DNA from: an uncultured Armatimonadia bacterium
GTDB taxonomy: Bacteria; Armatimonadota; Zipacnadia; CAVVLO01
Assembly (NCBI GenBank): GCA_963749155.1
Contig: CAVVLO010000002.1
Location: forward strand, 1,440,001-1,504,000
DNA: 64,000 nucleotides
Direction of reading: 5' to 3'
The notes under the pieces are model-generated. The model had not been told where the DNA came from. It searched no databases and saw only the letters and a program-made list of their open reading frames with translations. Positions 10,250 through 21,373 of the stretch are shown one piece after another. The translations under genes and the position numbers were made by a program. Numbering within the stretch: the first letter of the stretch is position 1; the number at the start of each line of letters is the position of its first letter.

Positions 10250-10339
10250 TGGCGGAGAGGGAGGGATTCGAACCCCCGGGGTGGGTAACCACCCAGCGGT
10301 TTTCAAGACCGCCTCCTTCGGCCACTCGGACACCTCTCC
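10250..10339 (-). tRNA. tRNA-Ser (anticodon TGA)
   Basis: GGAGAGG acceptor stem, anticodon arm GCGGT-CTTGAAA-ACCGC, long variable arm, GGTTCGAATCC T-arm and encoded GCCA end. 90 nt. Confidence 0.97.
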
Positions 10340-10348
10340 ACTGGAGGA

Positions 10349-10377
10349 ATTGTAGTCCGGACAGGATTTGCAGTCAA
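10349..10377 (-). promoter_or_regulatory. sigma70-type promoter for tRNA-Ser
   Basis: TTGACT-17 nt-TACAAT, ending 9 nt before the tRNA. The -35 overlaps the ppx stop codon. Confidence 0.7.
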
Positions 10378-11342
10378 CCTGAGGTCGGCGGAGGGAAGCC
10401 AAGCTCCGGCAGGCAGTAAGAGAGGAAGGCGCCCATCCTGAGGCCATGCCTGGGCAAGGCCACGCGCGTCAGACGCAGCTCTTTCATCAGTTCTTCAGCC
10501 AACACGGCGCCCGCCCACATCATATGGGCGCGCTCCGGCTCAAGCCCTGGCAGCAGGCGGCGTTCTTCCAGGGGAAGTTGCTGCAGCTTGCGACGCAAGC
10601 TCTGCACTTTGTGAAGTGAGAGCTGGATGCGACAGACAGCTTCTTTGTCGAAGCTGGGCAGCTCCAGCGCCATCGCGGCAAGGGTTGTGAAGGCGCCACC
10701 GGCGCCAAGTCCCTCTAGCCTGGCGCGAGGGATGCCTGAGAGGAATCGTGGCAAACTGGCGCGCAGCTCTGCAAGGAAAGCGCGATATTCGAGCCTGCTC
10801 ACTGGATCTTCGGTGACAAATCTGGCCGTCGCCGATTGGGAGCCAAGAGGCAGACTGCGCTGTGTACGTGGATTACCTGGGGAGCCGAACGACACCTCGG
10901 TGCTGCCCCCACCGATATCGATTACACAGAGGCGCTCTGCGCTGGCGGGCAGGCCATAGGTGGCCCCCAGGAACCCAAGCCGCGCTTCCTCTTCAGGTGA
11001 GAGCACCTTGGGCAGCCCGTTACTGGCGGCGAGCAACCGTTCGAGAGTAGCCTGCGGCTCTTGCAACTTGCGCCCGGCAGCGGTCGCGATGAGGCAGACA
11101 AATTCCGCCCCCGCCGCTCTGGCTTGCTGGGAGAAGCTCTCGACGGCCAGAGCAGTCGGTTGGGCTTTGTCTCGCAGCAGTTCTCCCTCGGGGCTTACAG
11201 CCTGAAGGAAGAAGGTAAGCTCGCGGTCCTCTGCCAGCACTTGCACTCTGCCGCCCGGCAGCGCGCGAGCGATGAGCAGCCTGACAGCGTTGCTGCCGAG
11301 GTCAATCACCGCGCCGACTGGGCTTGCGGGCTCACTGCTCAT
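10374..11342 (-). CDS. ppx: Ppx/GppA family phosphatase
   Basis: Motifs IDLGSNAVRL, ATAAGR, EEEARL and DIGGGSTE. Confidence 0.88.
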   Translation of the reverse strand: MSSEPASPVGAVIDLGSNAVRLLIARALPGGRVQVLAEDRELTFFLQAVSPEGELLRDKAQPTALAVESFSQQARAAGAEFVCLIATAAGRKLQEPQATLERLLAASNGLPKVLSPEEEARLGFLGATYGLPASAERLCVIDIGGGSTEVSFGSPGNPRTQRSLPLGSQSATARFVTEDPVSRLEYRAFLAELRASLPRFLSGIPRARLEGLGAGGAFTTLAAMALELPSFDKEAVCRIQLSLHKVQSLRRKLQQLPLEERRLLPGLEPERAHMMWAGAVLAEELMKELRLTRVALPRHGLRMGAFLSYCLPELGFPPPTSG

Positions 11343-12889
11343 CGGCTGGCCTCCGGCGGCGTCTGTAGAAGGGCTTCTCCCCAGGCTAGCAGCAGGCAGA
11401 CTACCACCAGCCAGGCAGAAACTGGCGCAATCAACCAGCCACCTTTCAGATAGGGCGTTGGCGCGGCGCCAAGAGGGACCGAGGCTTCGAGAGCCAGCCT
11501 CTGGCCATAGGGCGCTTTCTCGAGCAAGCCCAGCTCCGGCGCGACAATCGCTGAAATGCCAGTCAAGGCCGCGCGCGCCACAGGCAGGCCAGTCTCATAA
11601 CTGCGGAAAAGACTCGCCTGGAGGTTCTGCTCAGCCAGTCCGGTGTAAGGCGTCCACCCATCATTGGTCACGACCAGCAGCACCTGGGCGCCCTGATGGG
11701 CCAATGACAGGGCATATTCGGGGAAGATAGCTTCAAAACAGACAAGCATTCCCCCTTTTGTCCCTGCGAAATCAAGCGGCGCCGGCTCGGGGCCGGCTGC
11801 ATAGTCGAATTCGCGTACCGGATAGAGCTTCCACAGCCACTCTAGCTGGTCGCGCCAGGGCAGATATTCGCCAAAAGAGACCAGGCGATGCTTGGAATAA
11901 CGCCCTGCCAGTTTGCCTTCGGGCGAGTAGACCAGCAGCGAGTTGTGGATGCCGTCGGATTCGCGCACCGAGATGCCCCAGATTACCCATTTTTTGGCTG
12001 CGCGGGCGTGTTCGGCCGTCCACAGCAGTTCCGGCGCGGTCTCGACCTTCGCCAGGCGCGGAGAGGCAGTCTCAGGCAGCAATATGACGTCGGCTTCCGA
12101 GGCCAGGGCCTCTTCCAGCATCGGCCGGAGTTCTTCCCAGGATTCTTTCGGATCGCCGTACATCCGCACCCCGGCGACTTCGTGCATCGTCGGGTTACTC
12201 TGCACCACAGCCACCCGGACGAACTCTCGCAGCAGGTCGGTGCGACTTGGAGTCGGTTTCCCCAGGTCACCGAGGGGCGCGCTGAACAGCAAAATCGCGA
12301 GCAGGCCAGCCGAGGCGAGGGTTGCCTTGCCCCACTGGCAGCTCGAACGCGCCATCACAAGAGAAGCCAGCAGGAGATTGGCGGCGATAAGCAAGGCAGA
12401 GCAAAGATAGATGCCCCCAATCGCCGCCCAGGGCGCCAGTGTGCCGTCCTGGGAATAGCCCAGGCTGGCCAGCGGGTAGCCGAGGAAGCCAAGTTCTTTG
12501 ATGCGTTCGATGCCCGTATACAGGAAGGGCAGCAGCAGAAGTCCCCACCAGCGGCCTCTTTCAGGCGAATACCACCAGGCGAGGAAGGCGAAAAGTCCCC
12601 AGTACAGCGCCAGTATGGCCGAGGAGAGAATCCAGACCATATCGCCCAGCGCGCGAAAATATATACAGGTATAGAGGTAGTAGGCAAATCCCGCGACAAA
12701 ACCGATTGCGAAGGCCCGGCGCGGGCGATGAGCCCTCAGAATCAACAGCAGCGCAGGTGAGAGCGCCACCCAGGCGAGCGCGGGCAGGTCGGCAGGCGCG
12801 AAGGCCAGCCCCGCCGCTAATCCTGAGAAAGCCGCGAGGATTAGCGCAAGCCACCAGCCAGGGGAGCGCCAGGTGATATAATTTGGCAA
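11339..12889 (-). CDS. lnt: Apolipoprotein N-acyltransferase
   Basis: Multi-TM N-terminus and a nitrilase triad in LLPET, YSKHRLVSFGEY and VCFEAIF, plus TNDGW. The start is uncertain (TTG 12889 or ATG 12952). Confidence 0.92.
   Translation of the reverse strand: MPNYITWRSPGWWLALILAAFSGLAAGLAFAPADLPALAWVALSPALLLILRAHRPRRAFAIGFVAGFAYYLYTCIYFRALGDMVWILSSAILALYWGLFAFLAWWYSPERGRWWGLLLLPFLYTGIERIKELGFLGYPLASLGYSQDGTLAPWAAIGGIYLCSALLIAANLLLASLVMARSSCQWGKATLASAGLLAILLFSAPLGDLGKPTPSRTDLLREFVRVAVVQSNPTMHEVAGVRMYGDPKESWEELRPMLEEALASEADVILLPETASPRLAKVETAPELLWTAEHARAAKKWVIWGISVRESDGIHNSLLVYSPEGKLAGRYSKHRLVSFGEYLPWRDQLEWLWKLYPVREFDYAAGPEPAPLDFAGTKGGMLVCFEAIFPEYALSLAHQGAQVLLVVTNDGWTPYTGLAEQNLQASLFRSYETGLPVARAALTGISAIVAPELGLLEKAPYGQRLALEASVPLGAAPTPYLKGGWLIAPVSAWLVVVCLLLAWGEALLQTPPEASR
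12874..12882 (+). promoter_or_regulatory. Extended -10 promoter for the 12915 gene
   Basis: TGaTATAAT consensus, followed by a GGAGG SD at 12900-12904 and GTG at 12915. Confidence 0.55.
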
Positions 12890-12914
12890 ACCCTCATCTG
12901 GAGGTCGCTGCCCT

Positions 12915-14144
12915 GTGGCTCGCGTCGTCTCGTTGCTAGTTGGGCTCTCCATCCTGCTCCTTATATGTGGCTGTGCGAATTCTCCGAGTTCACCGCCACC
13001 TGTGACCGCAGAGAAAGAGCTAATTTTCGATATCACCGTTGCCGAGAATTATAGCAACAACTGCTACTACTTCGTCGCAATTGATGCCGATGGCGACCCG
13101 CTGACAGGCCCGCTGCCCGTCGTCTCAGGCCCTTATTGGGGCAATGGGTGGGGCACAGGCAGCTTTGGCTTCTATGCCGAGCAGCTTGGCGGCTTTATGA
13201 CAGTCTACGACACCCAGACGCTGGTTGATATCGAAACCGATGCCGATTGGCTGCTTTCTATCAGTGGAAATCCCGACCGGCAGGCCTCTGGCTTCTATCT
13301 GCTGGATATCCAGAATATCAATTTCGGCGCCGTAACGGTCACCTCACCTGACGGGTTGATTGTATCTGCCACGAATTCGAGCTTGCAGAGCGCCGGGACG
13401 CTTGCTTTCACCACTGACGCCGCTGGGAACATCGTCGCCGGGACGGTCAGCTTCACTCCTGCCGCCCTGGGGGGAAGACCACTTACCGGCGCAGAACAAG
13501 CCGTTGTCACCGCCGCCAATGCCGGCGGGCCACTTGCCAGCGGCACCTTCAGCGGGCTTGGGATCACCCTCACCCTCGGCGCCGGGCCTTTTGCAGGGGG
13601 CGCCCAAAGCCTGGTAATCGCCCCGACGACGGGCGATGTGCGCGTCAGGCTCCAGTTCCCCAGCCTGGCCTACACGCAGGAGACAGCCGGCACCGTTTAC
13701 TCCAACAGCTCTACCGCGACCGCCACGCCGCCGATGCCTGGCGTCACGCTGACCACGGGCGACCTCGCGACAGGCCAGACTGCGACTCTCCGCGCCCAAT
13801 ACGCGCCTCAGGGGCAGAACCCCAGGCAGCCGCTGGACTTCACTTCGCCCATCGGGAGCAACCATCTGCGGTTCTCCCTGCAGCTCAGCGACCTGGCGCC
13901 GCTGGCCGAGAGGGTAGAAGTCAACCTCATCTTCACCGATGTGACCCCGCTGGATCCGGGCTTCGTGGGGCAGCGCTATTTCGATGCGCTGGGGCCAAAC
14001 GGCAACGACTTCGTGAGTCTCGATGTCACACGCAACTATATCTACTACAACAGCGACGCGGATGTGCCCGAGCAAGCCGGCGACTGCGGTGAGGCCGCTC
14101 TCGACATCGTGGATTGGAGCATCGAGGTGCTCGTGCGGGAGTAG
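12915..14144 (+). CDS. Hypothetical lipoprotein
   Basis: Lipobox LICGC, conserved-looking termini (YYFVAIDADGDPLTGPLPV..WGNGW; ALDIVDWSIEV) and a Thr/Gly/Ala-rich beta-like middle. Confidence 0.75.
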   Translation: MARVVSLLVGLSILLLICGCANSPSSPPPVTAEKELIFDITVAENYSNNCYYFVAIDADGDPLTGPLPVVSGPYWGNGWGTGSFGFYAEQLGGFMTVYDTQTLVDIETDADWLLSISGNPDRQASGFYLLDIQNINFGAVTVTSPDGLIVSATNSSLQSAGTLAFTTDAAGNIVAGTVSFTPAALGGRPLTGAEQAVVTAANAGGPLASGTFSGLGITLTLGAGPFAGGAQSLVIAPTTGDVRVRLQFPSLAYTQETAGTVYSNSSTATATPPMPGVTLTTGDLATGQTATLRAQYAPQGQNPRQPLDFTSPIGSNHLRFSLQLSDLAPLAERVEVNLIFTDVTPLDPGFVGQRYFDALGPNGNDFVSLDVTRNYIYYNSDADVPEQAGDCGEAALDIVDWSIEVLVRE

Positions 14145-14418
14145 TGGGTGTATGGAGAACGTCGCCCAGAAGCGTATGCAGCGACTGCGCGAGCTGGACA
14201 GGCGCAAGAGAGCGCCGTTACTGGGCTTTCGCGCCCGACCTCTATTTGGTGGGATCGGGCGTAGATTCGTTCTCTGCCCACTGGTCCCTCTTCCCGGTCT
14301 GTACCCCCCTCATGTGCGGAGGGCGCAGGTCCGTGGATATGATGCGTATGGTGATAGCTGGCCAACAGGGTAGCACGGAAGGAAGAGCCCGTGCTACCGC
14401 TGTTGCAAAGGCCGCAAG

Positions 14419-15687
14419 CTAGTCGTCCCAGGGGACAACGCCAGTCCACTGGCCGTCCGAGAGTGGGAATCCTGCAGAGCTGAAGTAACGGCCGACTGCC
14501 TGGGCCAAGGGCACGTTACCCAGGAAGGCTTGGGCATCCATATCGGTAATGTCGGCACCAGGGAGGATGCTCCAAGCCGTCTGCCAGCCGTCCAAGCTGG
14601 TCAGGTCTGGCACCTGCACCATACTATTGTCATTGCCGGCGAGCCACCCGGTCGAGACGATGACGTCAACGAACTGGCCGCCGGCAGACGCATAGACGAA
14701 GTAACCCAGCGTATCGGGCTCGTCCAGGCTGGAGAAGCGGAAATAGGCGAAATCGCCCTCCGTTACGAGCTGGACGAGGAACGAGTTGAAGCTCTCATCC
14801 GGCGCGGGGAGGCTGATCGCGGCGGGATCGGCAAAGGCGCCGGTAACCATCACGGAGTTGCGCGTCACGCTAAGGTCGTAGTGGTCGCCAGTGACGGAGG
14901 CCGCAGCGGGTACGGTGCGGCAGGCTAACGTGCCGTCGGCGACATCATCGTCATACGCTATGGGCACGGGGGTGCCGTTGGCGGTGACGTAGCTGAGCGA
15001 GGCGATGGCGCCTGCGGCGGATCCTGTCACCTGCGCCGTGCCGCCATCCTCGAGCAGGATGCGGTCTGCCGACGTCACTGTGAAATTGAAGGTGGTCGAG
15101 CCTTCGCTCATTGTTAGCCCGCGCAGAAGGTAGATCCAGTTCGCCATGCGCGGCGAAGTCCACGTGCTGTCCACAACCGCCAAATCGAATAAACCCACCT
15201 GCAGCATGGCGGCGTAGGAGGAGATAGGGGACGAGGTAGATTGGCTGGTCGGCGTCACCGCCGACGTCTGCCCCGCGGCGAAATCGTAGCTGATGCTCCC
15301 CATGATCTGGCCGTAGCCCGTTGGCAATACGCGCGCGCTACGCAGACCGTTATCGAGAAACTGAACCAGCGAGTCGCCCTCTGCAAGCGTACCGTACTGC
15401 AGATGCAGGGCGCCGTCGTCGCAGAGGGCGAAGCCAAAGCGCCCCTGCGCGTCGGTGACCGTCGCCGTGTAAACGCCGGTCTCGCTGGGATCGATCGGTT
15501 GCCAGGGGCTGTTGCCATCCTGGAATGCCGCCCACTCCGCGTTCACCAGCACCAGACCAGGCGAGCGCTCGTACACCTGCAACGTAACTGCCCCGCCAGT
15601 CTCAGGCCCGTCCGACCCACCACCACACCCGGCCACCAGCACTGAGGCAAGAAGGACGGCCAACAGACCGTAACGACAAACACGCAT
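14419..15687 (-). CDS. Hypothetical surface lipoprotein
   Basis: AAGGAG SD, MRVCRYGLL..LVAGCGGGSDG lipobox, WAAFQDGNSPWQ motif, beta-rich composition. Confidence 0.75.
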   Translation of the reverse strand: MRVCRYGLLAVLLASVLVAGCGGGSDGPETGGAVTLQVYERSPGLVLVNAEWAAFQDGNSPWQPIDPSETGVYTATVTDAQGRFGFALCDDGALHLQYGTLAEGDSLVQFLDNGLRSARVLPTGYGQIMGSISYDFAAGQTSAVTPTSQSTSSPISSYAAMLQVGLFDLAVVDSTWTSPRMANWIYLLRGLTMSEGSTTFNFTVTSADRILLEDGGTAQVTGSAAGAIASLSYVTANGTPVPIAYDDDVADGTLACRTVPAAASVTGDHYDLSVTRNSVMVTGAFADPAAISLPAPDESFNSFLVQLVTEGDFAYFRFSSLDEPDTLGYFVYASAGGQFVDVIVSTGWLAGNDNSMVQVPDLTSLDGWQTAWSILPGADITDMDAQAFLGNVPLAQAVGRYFSSAGFPLSDGQWTGVVPWDD

Positions 15688-15948
15688 GGCAAGCTCCTTT
15701 ACAACATAATGACAACCAGTTCTACTTTCGACCACCTGACCCGTCCTCCTTCTTGATCTCGCAGTGTATCTCTTACTCTCAGCCTGCCTGGCCGAGGTCT
15801 TCAGGGCCATCCTCTGCGCCTCGACAGCGGCACTGCTGGCGGTATGGGTGTGGAGTCAGACAAGGGGCGAGGTGATGGATTGCGGGTAAATCCAAAACTC
15901 CTATTGAGGGCGTATACTGATTAGAGAACAGGCGTGCGGTGAGGTACG

Positions 15949-17841
15949 ATGGCAGAGGGCGAGAGGCTGGTTTTTGAGGCGCGGACACCAAAGTGGCAGG
16001 CGTGGGGGGCGCTGGCGAGTGGGGTAGCGTGCCTGGTACTGGCAGGCTTGCTACTTTGGTGCGTGGGCACTCTTCTGAAAGACATGCAGCCGTTCTATTC
16101 CATCTGGAGCACCCTGGGGCGCGAGTTTGTGCGCATTCCATTCCTTCTCTTCCTGAACTCTGCCGGTATGCTGGGCTTCGGGTGCTGGTTAATCTGGCTT
16201 GGCAGGACACGGCTGAGGCAGCCAGTGAGCCTAAAGCTGGTGGTGGACGAGACAGGGCTGGAGTTCTCCACTTGGCGTGACTGGGGTGTGAAGCTGGCCT
16301 GGTCCGATGTGATGGCGCTACGTGCCTTCGAGGCTGACCCCAAGCCCAAGCGCTGCGTGATTAGGCTAGCAGTGCTCACCGAGGCAGGATTGCTGGACCT
16401 GACGCGTTTTGTGAACAAGGAAGCTGTGCTGGATGCTCTCCTCGCGCGCACGAACTTTGTGAAGAGGGGCACGAAGGGGCTAGACGACTGGTATGGCTCG
16501 GTTACGAGCGACGCCTCGTCGTCCAGAGCCCGGCTTCGACCACTAACCTTGCTCCCAAGTCGACCGCAGGACCTGATGTGGAATCGCAGGCTGCGCAAGC
16601 TGGCCGGGGCCGGAGCACTGCTACTGGTGGCCTGCTGGATGGCGCTGGTGTTGTGGTCCAAATACTTCACCCCGATCAACGAGCTACCGACCGAGGTCCA
16701 CTCCCTGGCGCTGCCTGTTGATACAAAGCTGACCTCTAGACCTGTCTGGGCTGCGGACTCGAGCAAGCTGTTCGTAACAATACGGTCTTCTAGCACCACC
16801 GAGCAGGGCGAGCAAACGAGCTTCGCAGCGCTGGTAGAAGTGATGCCCGGCGGCCAGTTGAGATACCTCACCCCCTGGTATCAGGATGCAAGCTCACCGG
16901 GGTGCTCCAGTGAGGGGTGGCTGGCCTTCAGTCTGAGGCGCAACCAACTGACCGAAGCAGAGCAGCAGACACTTATACATGGTTCGGGGGCGCCTCCCTA
17001 CACGCAGGAGGAGCTACGCATTGTCCGCAAGCAGCACGAGGCAGATCTCTGGCTGGTCGCTCCGGGCTCAAGGGTACCACGCAAAGTGAAGCAGCCTGAG
17101 CCTGCTGGAGTGGCCGGCCTGTGGACTTGGTCGCCCTCGGGCAAGCTGCTGACGGCCTTCTGCTCATATGACGAGTCGGAGGGTAGAGTGGAGTCGCTCT
17201 GGGTAGTTCCAAGCGATAGTAGTCCGGCGGAGGGAAGCGCTATCTTGCGCCCGCCAAAACTGGATTGAACAGGCTGGGCGGGCTGGAGTGGTCTCCTGAT
17301 GAGCGGTCGTTGGCGCTGCTTGGATTCCGTCGCAACGAGGAGGGAGGCCGGAAGGACGACCGCGACCTGGTGCTCGTGCTGGACCTGGCTTCAGGCCAGT
17401 GGAGGGAGGTCGCCTCTCTGTGCATGGAGGAGTGCTTCTGGCCGCTGGCGCCCTGCTGGTCGGATGACTCGCTCAGGCTGACAGTGCTTGCATCGGACTG
17501 GTGGGGGCTTGGAGCCGATGAAGTAGAGGTCGCAACCGGCGCAAGAGAGCGCCGCTACCGGGTTTTCGCACCCTACCCCTATTGGGGGGTATCGGGGGTA
17601 TCTTGGACGGCGAACGGCCAGGCGCTCGCGCTGGCTTTGACGGTGCCCTCGGACACACCGGGGCGTTCCTCCAGCACCAGCGACGACCTTATCATCGAGA
17701 GCGCAAAGGGGCTTGCAAGGTTGCCCTTCATCGCAGAGTGGTACGCCTACCGCTCCGCCTGGTCGCCCGATGGCAAGTGGCTGGCGCTACCCACCAAGCA
17801 GGGCCTGCTAGTTCGTGAAGGTGCCCGAGGGACTCTGGTAG
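15949..17841 (+). CDS. Membrane protein with TolB-like (PD40) beta-propeller, paralog 1 (frameshifts near 17235 and 17810)
   Basis: MAEGERLVFEA start, 3 TM segments and repeated W[SA]P[DS]G blades. The corrected C-terminus is FVKVPEGLW, with TAG at 17839-17841. Confidence 0.7.
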
Positions 17842-17850
17842 CGAGGGGGT

Positions 17851-19201
17851 TTGGAGCTATGGGCAACCGGTATGGGAGCAGGCCAGCGGAACGCCAGATG
17901 GGAGTTCTGGCTGCTCGGGTGCCTTTTTGGGGCTAGCTTGCTGGTGGTCGTGGCGACGGTCTGGTTCGGCTTCCTGCACCCGCTCAACACCGCGAGCAGG
18001 TCGTGGACGCGACGACTGAAATTCGTGATGTGCTGGGATTCGACTACACCGGGGTGATGGCCGGGCCGGTGTGGACCACTGAGAAAGGCGCGCTGGCGGT
18101 GCTGTCCTGCCAGCAGAACTTGTCAAGTGGAGAAGTGCTCTATTGGGGCAGGCTTATGCGGTTCTCCCCGGACGGAACCACTGCCTCGGCGTCCCCATGG
18201 TTCACAGAGAGGCCCGGCCAGAAGGCGTTGGCACCGAACGGCAACCTGGCGATCGCCTCACAGCGCTACGAATTGACGCAGGAGGAGAAGGCGCTCATCA
18301 AACCTCCTGAATACAAGATGCGGGGACTGCGGGATCAAGCGAGTCCCAGTCACCGCAGAGGCGCTTGGCGCGATGTGGAAGGAGGCCATCAGTGATCTCT
18401 ATCTGGTGCAGGCGGGGACCGAGCGGGGCCAGAGTCTTGCGCAGCCTGCGCCGGAGGGCGCGTCCTCGCAATGGCCTGGTCGCGAGATAGCCAGTGGCTT
18501 GCGGCTGCGTGCAGCAGGCCGGAGGCGGTCAGTTCCACGGCCAGCTTGTGGCTGGCGCCGGCCAGAGGCGATTCGGCGCGACAGCGACGTTTGCCCTGCC
18601 CAAGGGCTTCGAGGCGCGATGATATGGCCTGGTCGCCTGACGGCCGATTGCTGGCACTCACGGGCAGGTTGCCGGATGTTGTTGCTTGGACGGGACAGCC
18701 GATGCGGCACTGGTGCTGGACGTCGTGAAGGGTGGTACTCGAGTGGTGACACGGCAGCGCCGGGTGAATACCTTGCTGTGGGGGCCGCCTTGCTGGTCGA
18801 GTGACTCGAAGACGCTGACCCTCGCGCGTATGGCTCCTGGGGTGGTCGTAGTAGATGACTACAACCTGACGACGGGGAAGAAGACGGAGCGGTTCAGCGC
18901 GCGCTTTCCGTTGATCACGGATGTCCCGTGCGTGGTCGCGTGGGCGCCGGACCGAAATGCCGTGGCGCTACGTATGCCGAACAGGAAGCATCAGCGCGCC
19001 ACCAAGGGCTCGGGCGGAGATCAGAGCGGCTCGGAGCTGGGGTATGACCTGCTGTTCGAGAGCGCCAAGGGACTGTTCCGGGTGCGGCTGAACAGGCCTT
19101 GCTATCTTAAGTTTGGCGCCTGGTCACCTGACGGTCAGTGGGTGGCGATTGCCCAGGCGAAGGGCCTGCTGTTTGTAAAGGTGCCACAGGGGGTGTGGTG
19201 A
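17851..19201 (+). CDS. Membrane-anchored TolB-like beta-propeller, paralog 2 (about 4 frameshifts; possible pseudogene)
   Basis: Fragments 17851..18057, 18003..18395, 18373.., 18471..18728 and 18686..19201 are collinear with paralog 1. Ends GLLFVKVPQGVW. Confidence 0.6.
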
Positions 19202-19203
19202 GG

Positions 19204-21165
19204 ATGAACGAGAGCGGCGAGAGGCTGGTTTTTGAGGCGAAGGCGTCTCGGTGGGCCTTGCCAACGGAACGCGCGCTGGCTGGGCTGCTCTGCTTGCTCG
19301 GACTGGGGTTGGTCGCGCTCCTGGTTGGCGAGGGTGTCTTGTTCTGGAACCTGGCTGATTTCATGCCCCTGTGGTTCTCCGTGACGTTCCCTGCGCTGCT
19401 GGTTGCGCTTGCGCTGCCGTTTGGAGCAGTGGCGGCCATGCGCGCTGGGACACGTCGGTGGAAGGAAGCCAGCTCGCTCAGAGCGGGCATGCGGATCGCC
19501 CTCGATGAGGAGGGCCTTCATCTGCAAGCCCCCCGAAGCAAGACACTCGACCTCCCCTGGCAGCAACTTGTGGCCGTCAGGGCCTTTGAGGCCGCTCCCG
19601 TTTCACATCGTAAAGTCATCTCGCTGAAGCTGTACACCTCCGAAGGGAGTCTCTTCCTGCACCACCGACTGCAGGGGAAAGAGTCGCTGCTGGACGAGTT
19701 GGTCACAAGGGGCGGCTTCATCAAGACGAGAGCGGGTAGTATCTGGGACATCTACAGCAGGAAGGCCCCTGAGGAAGCTGGCACTCTGAGGCTAGAGTCG
19801 CATGCATTGCGCTGGACACAGCCAGGAGAAGAGGGCAAGGTCGCAGCCCGAAAGCGACGTCTCTGGCGCGCGGCGGGGCTGTACCTCACGCTGGCGGCTC
19901 TGGGCGCTATCCCGCTTGCCATACTGGGCAGGACCTCGCCGACGACGGTGCTAACCCCAACAACCCGCCTTGTGCCACTCGGGGGGGACTGTTGTGTACA
20001 GGGAGTGGCCTGGCGGCCAGATTCCTCGGCGGTGGCCGTCCTGTTCTCGCGCAGCCAGACTGGCCCAGACGATATGGCTCTGCTACGCAAGCGACTCGTG
20101 CTGGTGAGCAAGGCCGGAGCTCTTAGCTACCTGACGGGCTGGATGACCCGGATACACGAGCCGGCGTGGAGCCCGGATGGTAAGTGGCTCGCCTGTGTCC
20201 GTAAACGCTACACCTTGAGTGAGGCTGAGCAGCAGACACTGGACACCCTCGAGAGACGCAAGCGGGCTATCACAGACAACACGCTCAGGGAAGCTCCGTC
20301 GGGAGAGATAATACTTCCCAACGTGCCCCCTCCTTCAAGTAAGGAACTGAAGCTGCGAAGCAAGCAAGACGCTGAAGAGTTGTGGCTGCTGCAGCCTGGC
20401 TCGAAGACCGAGCGGGTACTCACCGGAGGGGTTTAACGTTAGCCTGAGAGCACCAAGCTGGGCTCCCTCGGGCAAGCGGATCGCCGCGATATACCAGCGT
20501 GAGGAAACAGGACAGGACGATGAGAGAGGACTCTGGGTGGCCCGTGTGGGTGAGGGCCCCCAAACAGGGCGGTGCTTGGACCTGCCTGAGGGCTGCGCGA
20601 TGGAGACGCTCGCCAAGCCCATATGGGCGCCTGACGAGAGCGCCCTCCTCGTTCTCGGCTACAAGCGAGACCCGACGGCCTCAGCGGGAAGACAACGGTC
20701 GTCCAGTTGCTACTGGATTTGAAGAGCGGTGAGTGGCGCGTAATCCCAATCAGTACCTATGACTCCGAGTGGGAAATCTCGGGGACACACTGGACGGCGG
20801 ATTCTTCGGTCGTGGCATATGTCGTTGCCAGTATACGCGGGCTCCGCCTCGAACACATCAACGTGGCCAGCGGCGAGCGGACCAAGCCTGTGCGCTGGGT
20901 GAGTCCTCTCCCATGGGTGCTGCTCCAGGTACAAGACTGGTCGCCGAGTGGCAAGTCGGCTCTGGTGCGCGCACTGGCGTGGAACACCTTGTTCACGGGG
21001 GGTAACGCGGTCTTCTTCCTGGCAACGAAAAGTGGGCGACTGGTCCGGATGGTGCAGCCGACGGAGGTCTGGAGCGGCCTGCGGTGGTCGCCTGACGGAC
21101 AGCACATCGCAGCTCCCGCGAGGGATAAGGTGCTGTTCGTGAAGGTGCCCGAGGGGGTGTGGTGA
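19204..21165 (+). CDS. Membrane protein with TolB-like beta-propeller, paralog 3 (frameshifts near 20430 and 20690)
   Basis: MNESGERLVFEA start, same architecture as paralog 1, ends VLFVKVPEGVW. Confidence 0.7.
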
Positions 21166-21244
21166 GGATGAGTGAGAGGGAACAACGGAAACCAAAGCCT
21201 CTTAGCAAAAAACCGGCCTTGGTGCAAGTAACGTTCGCGTTTCT

Positions 21245-21373
21245 GGGCGGGTCTCAGACCCGCCCCTACCGTAATCTCAGGGCCCGGGGCAGGTATCGGG
21301 AGCAAGCTCCCGATACACGCCAGAAAGATGGCGCCGCAGGCCCGATACGGGGTGCAGGGGAGGCATCCCCTGC
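21245..21373. repeat. Cluster of three palindromes including a GTAG-type REP-like element
   Basis: GGGCGGGTCT-C-AGACCCGCCC-CTAC at 21245-21269, GTATCGGGAGC-AA-GCTCCCGATAC at 21293-21316 and GCAGGGGA-GGCA-TCCCCTGC at 21354-21373. Confidence 0.6.

Noticed and set aside
10250..10275. tRNA-Ser 3' end as an island attachment site
   Set aside because: No duplicated tRNA end or integrase is seen, and the flanks are ordinary genes.
14152..14422. Small + strand ORF (MENVAQKRMQRLRELDRRK...)
   Set aside because: No SD, no motif and an ambiguous frame. It may be a gene remnant but cannot be supported.
15785..15830. SAM-I-like fragment on the - strand (GAGGATGGCCCTGAAGACCTCGGC)
   Set aside because: It lacks GCAACC, GGTGC and the P1 ATC/GAT elements, and the downstream gene is unrelated to sulfur metabolism.
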